Origin: Leptogorgia sarmentosa
Taxonomy: Eukaryota
Length of the DNA stretch: 64,000 nt
Direction: 5' to 3'
NCBI GenBank assembly: GCA_964658305.1
Contig: OZ210884.1
Location: forward strand, 2,666,001-2,730,000
The stretch's first letter is position 1, and each line of letters opens with the position of its first letter. This document shows positions 62,746 through 64,000 of this stretch, one piece after another. The position numbers and the translations under genes are program-made. Below the pieces are notes generated by a model that saw only the letters and a program-made list of their open reading frames with translations, had not been told where the DNA came from and searched no databases.

Positions 62746-63877
62746 CTAAAACTTGCAGTCACATGCTAAGACGATTGGGAAAGATATGTTTTTGTCAGGT
62801 CTTGGAGGAGGACAATCCATTGGCAGCTGGATTATTTTTACCAAACTTGGGGCACAATGACGTGTCATTTGTATACCGTTTATACCATCATATATGGAAG
62901 TACACCATCCCACGCAATGACCTACTGTAATATTCTTGTATGCGATACAATCAAAGCCATCATTATGAACAGGTTTTCGGATTTGCACGTTTTTTTGTTT
63001 CACTAGATGACATTCTTCTTTACTGGTTATTACAATGAAGCGTGTTTTAGGAACTATAAAAAAAAAACAATTTCTCAGTTATCTATCGCAAATGATTATT
63101 GTAATTTACGTGTAGCTAATACTAATACATAATTAATATATACATATATTTTCCTTTATGCATCACAATTAATTTTTTGCATTTTCAACTAATTTTGAGA
63201 TTAATATCATTGTAGTCAATTTCCTGGACGCTGATTGGCTAAAAAGCTTCAACAACTGTGCGAATTAAACATTAGTAATTAATTTCTCAAATCCACACTT
63301 CGAGCCCGCGATACATTATAAAAACAAATAAATAAACGCTTATCAACGCTAAAATTCCTGTTTTTTTCACCAACCAGGCGTGCAATTTTTCATTAATGCT
63401 TCTCGAACCGTGTAATTTCCTATACAAATCCGTAAAAACACCAATAGTAGCACATTTTCGTAATAAGTTTTAAGCGTTCTGTTGGCAAGAGGTCCGGGCG
63501 AGCAAGCTAGTTAAAATGCAAATGTCCACGATTTCTGGCGATTATTTTCGCTTATAGCTATCAACTAATTATGAAAACTTTTTATTACATTTTAGTGCAG
63601 ATTTTCCCGAAATTTTGAGCGTTGAAGGAATTTTACCAATTCTTTATTTTATTCCCATTTTACCTCTAACAAATTAGACTGAAGGCCTTATTTTTATCTT
63701 ATAAACTCTATTTTAGAGTAAAGAAAATAGTACATGCGCGTTTTAATAATTTACGCAATTTAATAAGTTTAAGGGGAAGAGAAATTAGACTAAGCACAGC
63801 TTGCAAATTTGAATTATAAACTTACCACAATTAGGGCAGCAGCCCCAGCCACTTCCGTTGACTGGTCTCGTAAAATT
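62746..63877 (-). CDS. 3' end of a secreted VWC + C-terminal cystine-knot (CTCK/DAN-like) protein. Exons 63877-63826 and 63053-62746; the gene continues beyond the window
   Basis: NFTRPVNGSGWGCCPNC matches a VWC end motif (CCPxC) and splices in phase 1 to VPKTRF..ECHLVK..GFDC..HCVGWC..HCAP..MDCP..ACDCKF*, with canonical CxGxC and CxC and 8 Cys. Confidence 0.8.
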
Positions 63878-64000
63878 CTATATCAATATTAATATTAAAC
63901 AATTATTGAATGAGGTCCAGTAGGAAAAGAAGAATAATTAGTAAGACCGAGAGTTGTACAGGGTGTATCAAAAAATAGGTAATCGAACTTTGGCATGCCA

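Overview
AT-rich, intron-containing animal genomic DNA, not prokaryotic. The USOMP5-like domain, the GPCR type and the MITE-rich background suggest an anthozoan cnidarian, possibly an octocoral (inference). Manual GT-AG and reading-phase reconstruction gives, in order: (1) the 3' part of a gene built from tandem phase-2 micro-exons encoding highly cationic Arg/Trp/Pro repeats (235-2098); (2) a spliced-in phage-type GH24 lysozyme exon with an intact E-x8-D-x5-T triad (4567-5093); (3) a minus-strand NIDO + fibrinogen-like/USOMP5-like gene whose 5' exons are not visible (8556-12714); (4) an intronless class A GPCR; (5) two duplicated intronless type-II membrane, glycosyltransferase-like genes (22371-23246, 59452-60324); (6) two tandem paralogous secreted genes (signal peptide + Pro/Thr-rich micro-exon stalk + Cys-rich domain), whose C-terminal domain has the same 10/13/16 cysteine spacing as an intact cystine-knot domain at the window end but has lost one ring disulfide pair; (7) a VWA-ZP-TM gene with a premature TGA; (8) the last exons of a VWC + cystine-knot gene. 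Intergenic and intronic DNA is full of Tc1, hAT-like, fold-back and SINE elements and local duplications. The top candidates for novelty are the cationic-repeat/phage-lysozyme locus and the 'un-knotted' cystine-knot protein pair. All gene models are hand-built from sequence alone, with no transcript or database support.
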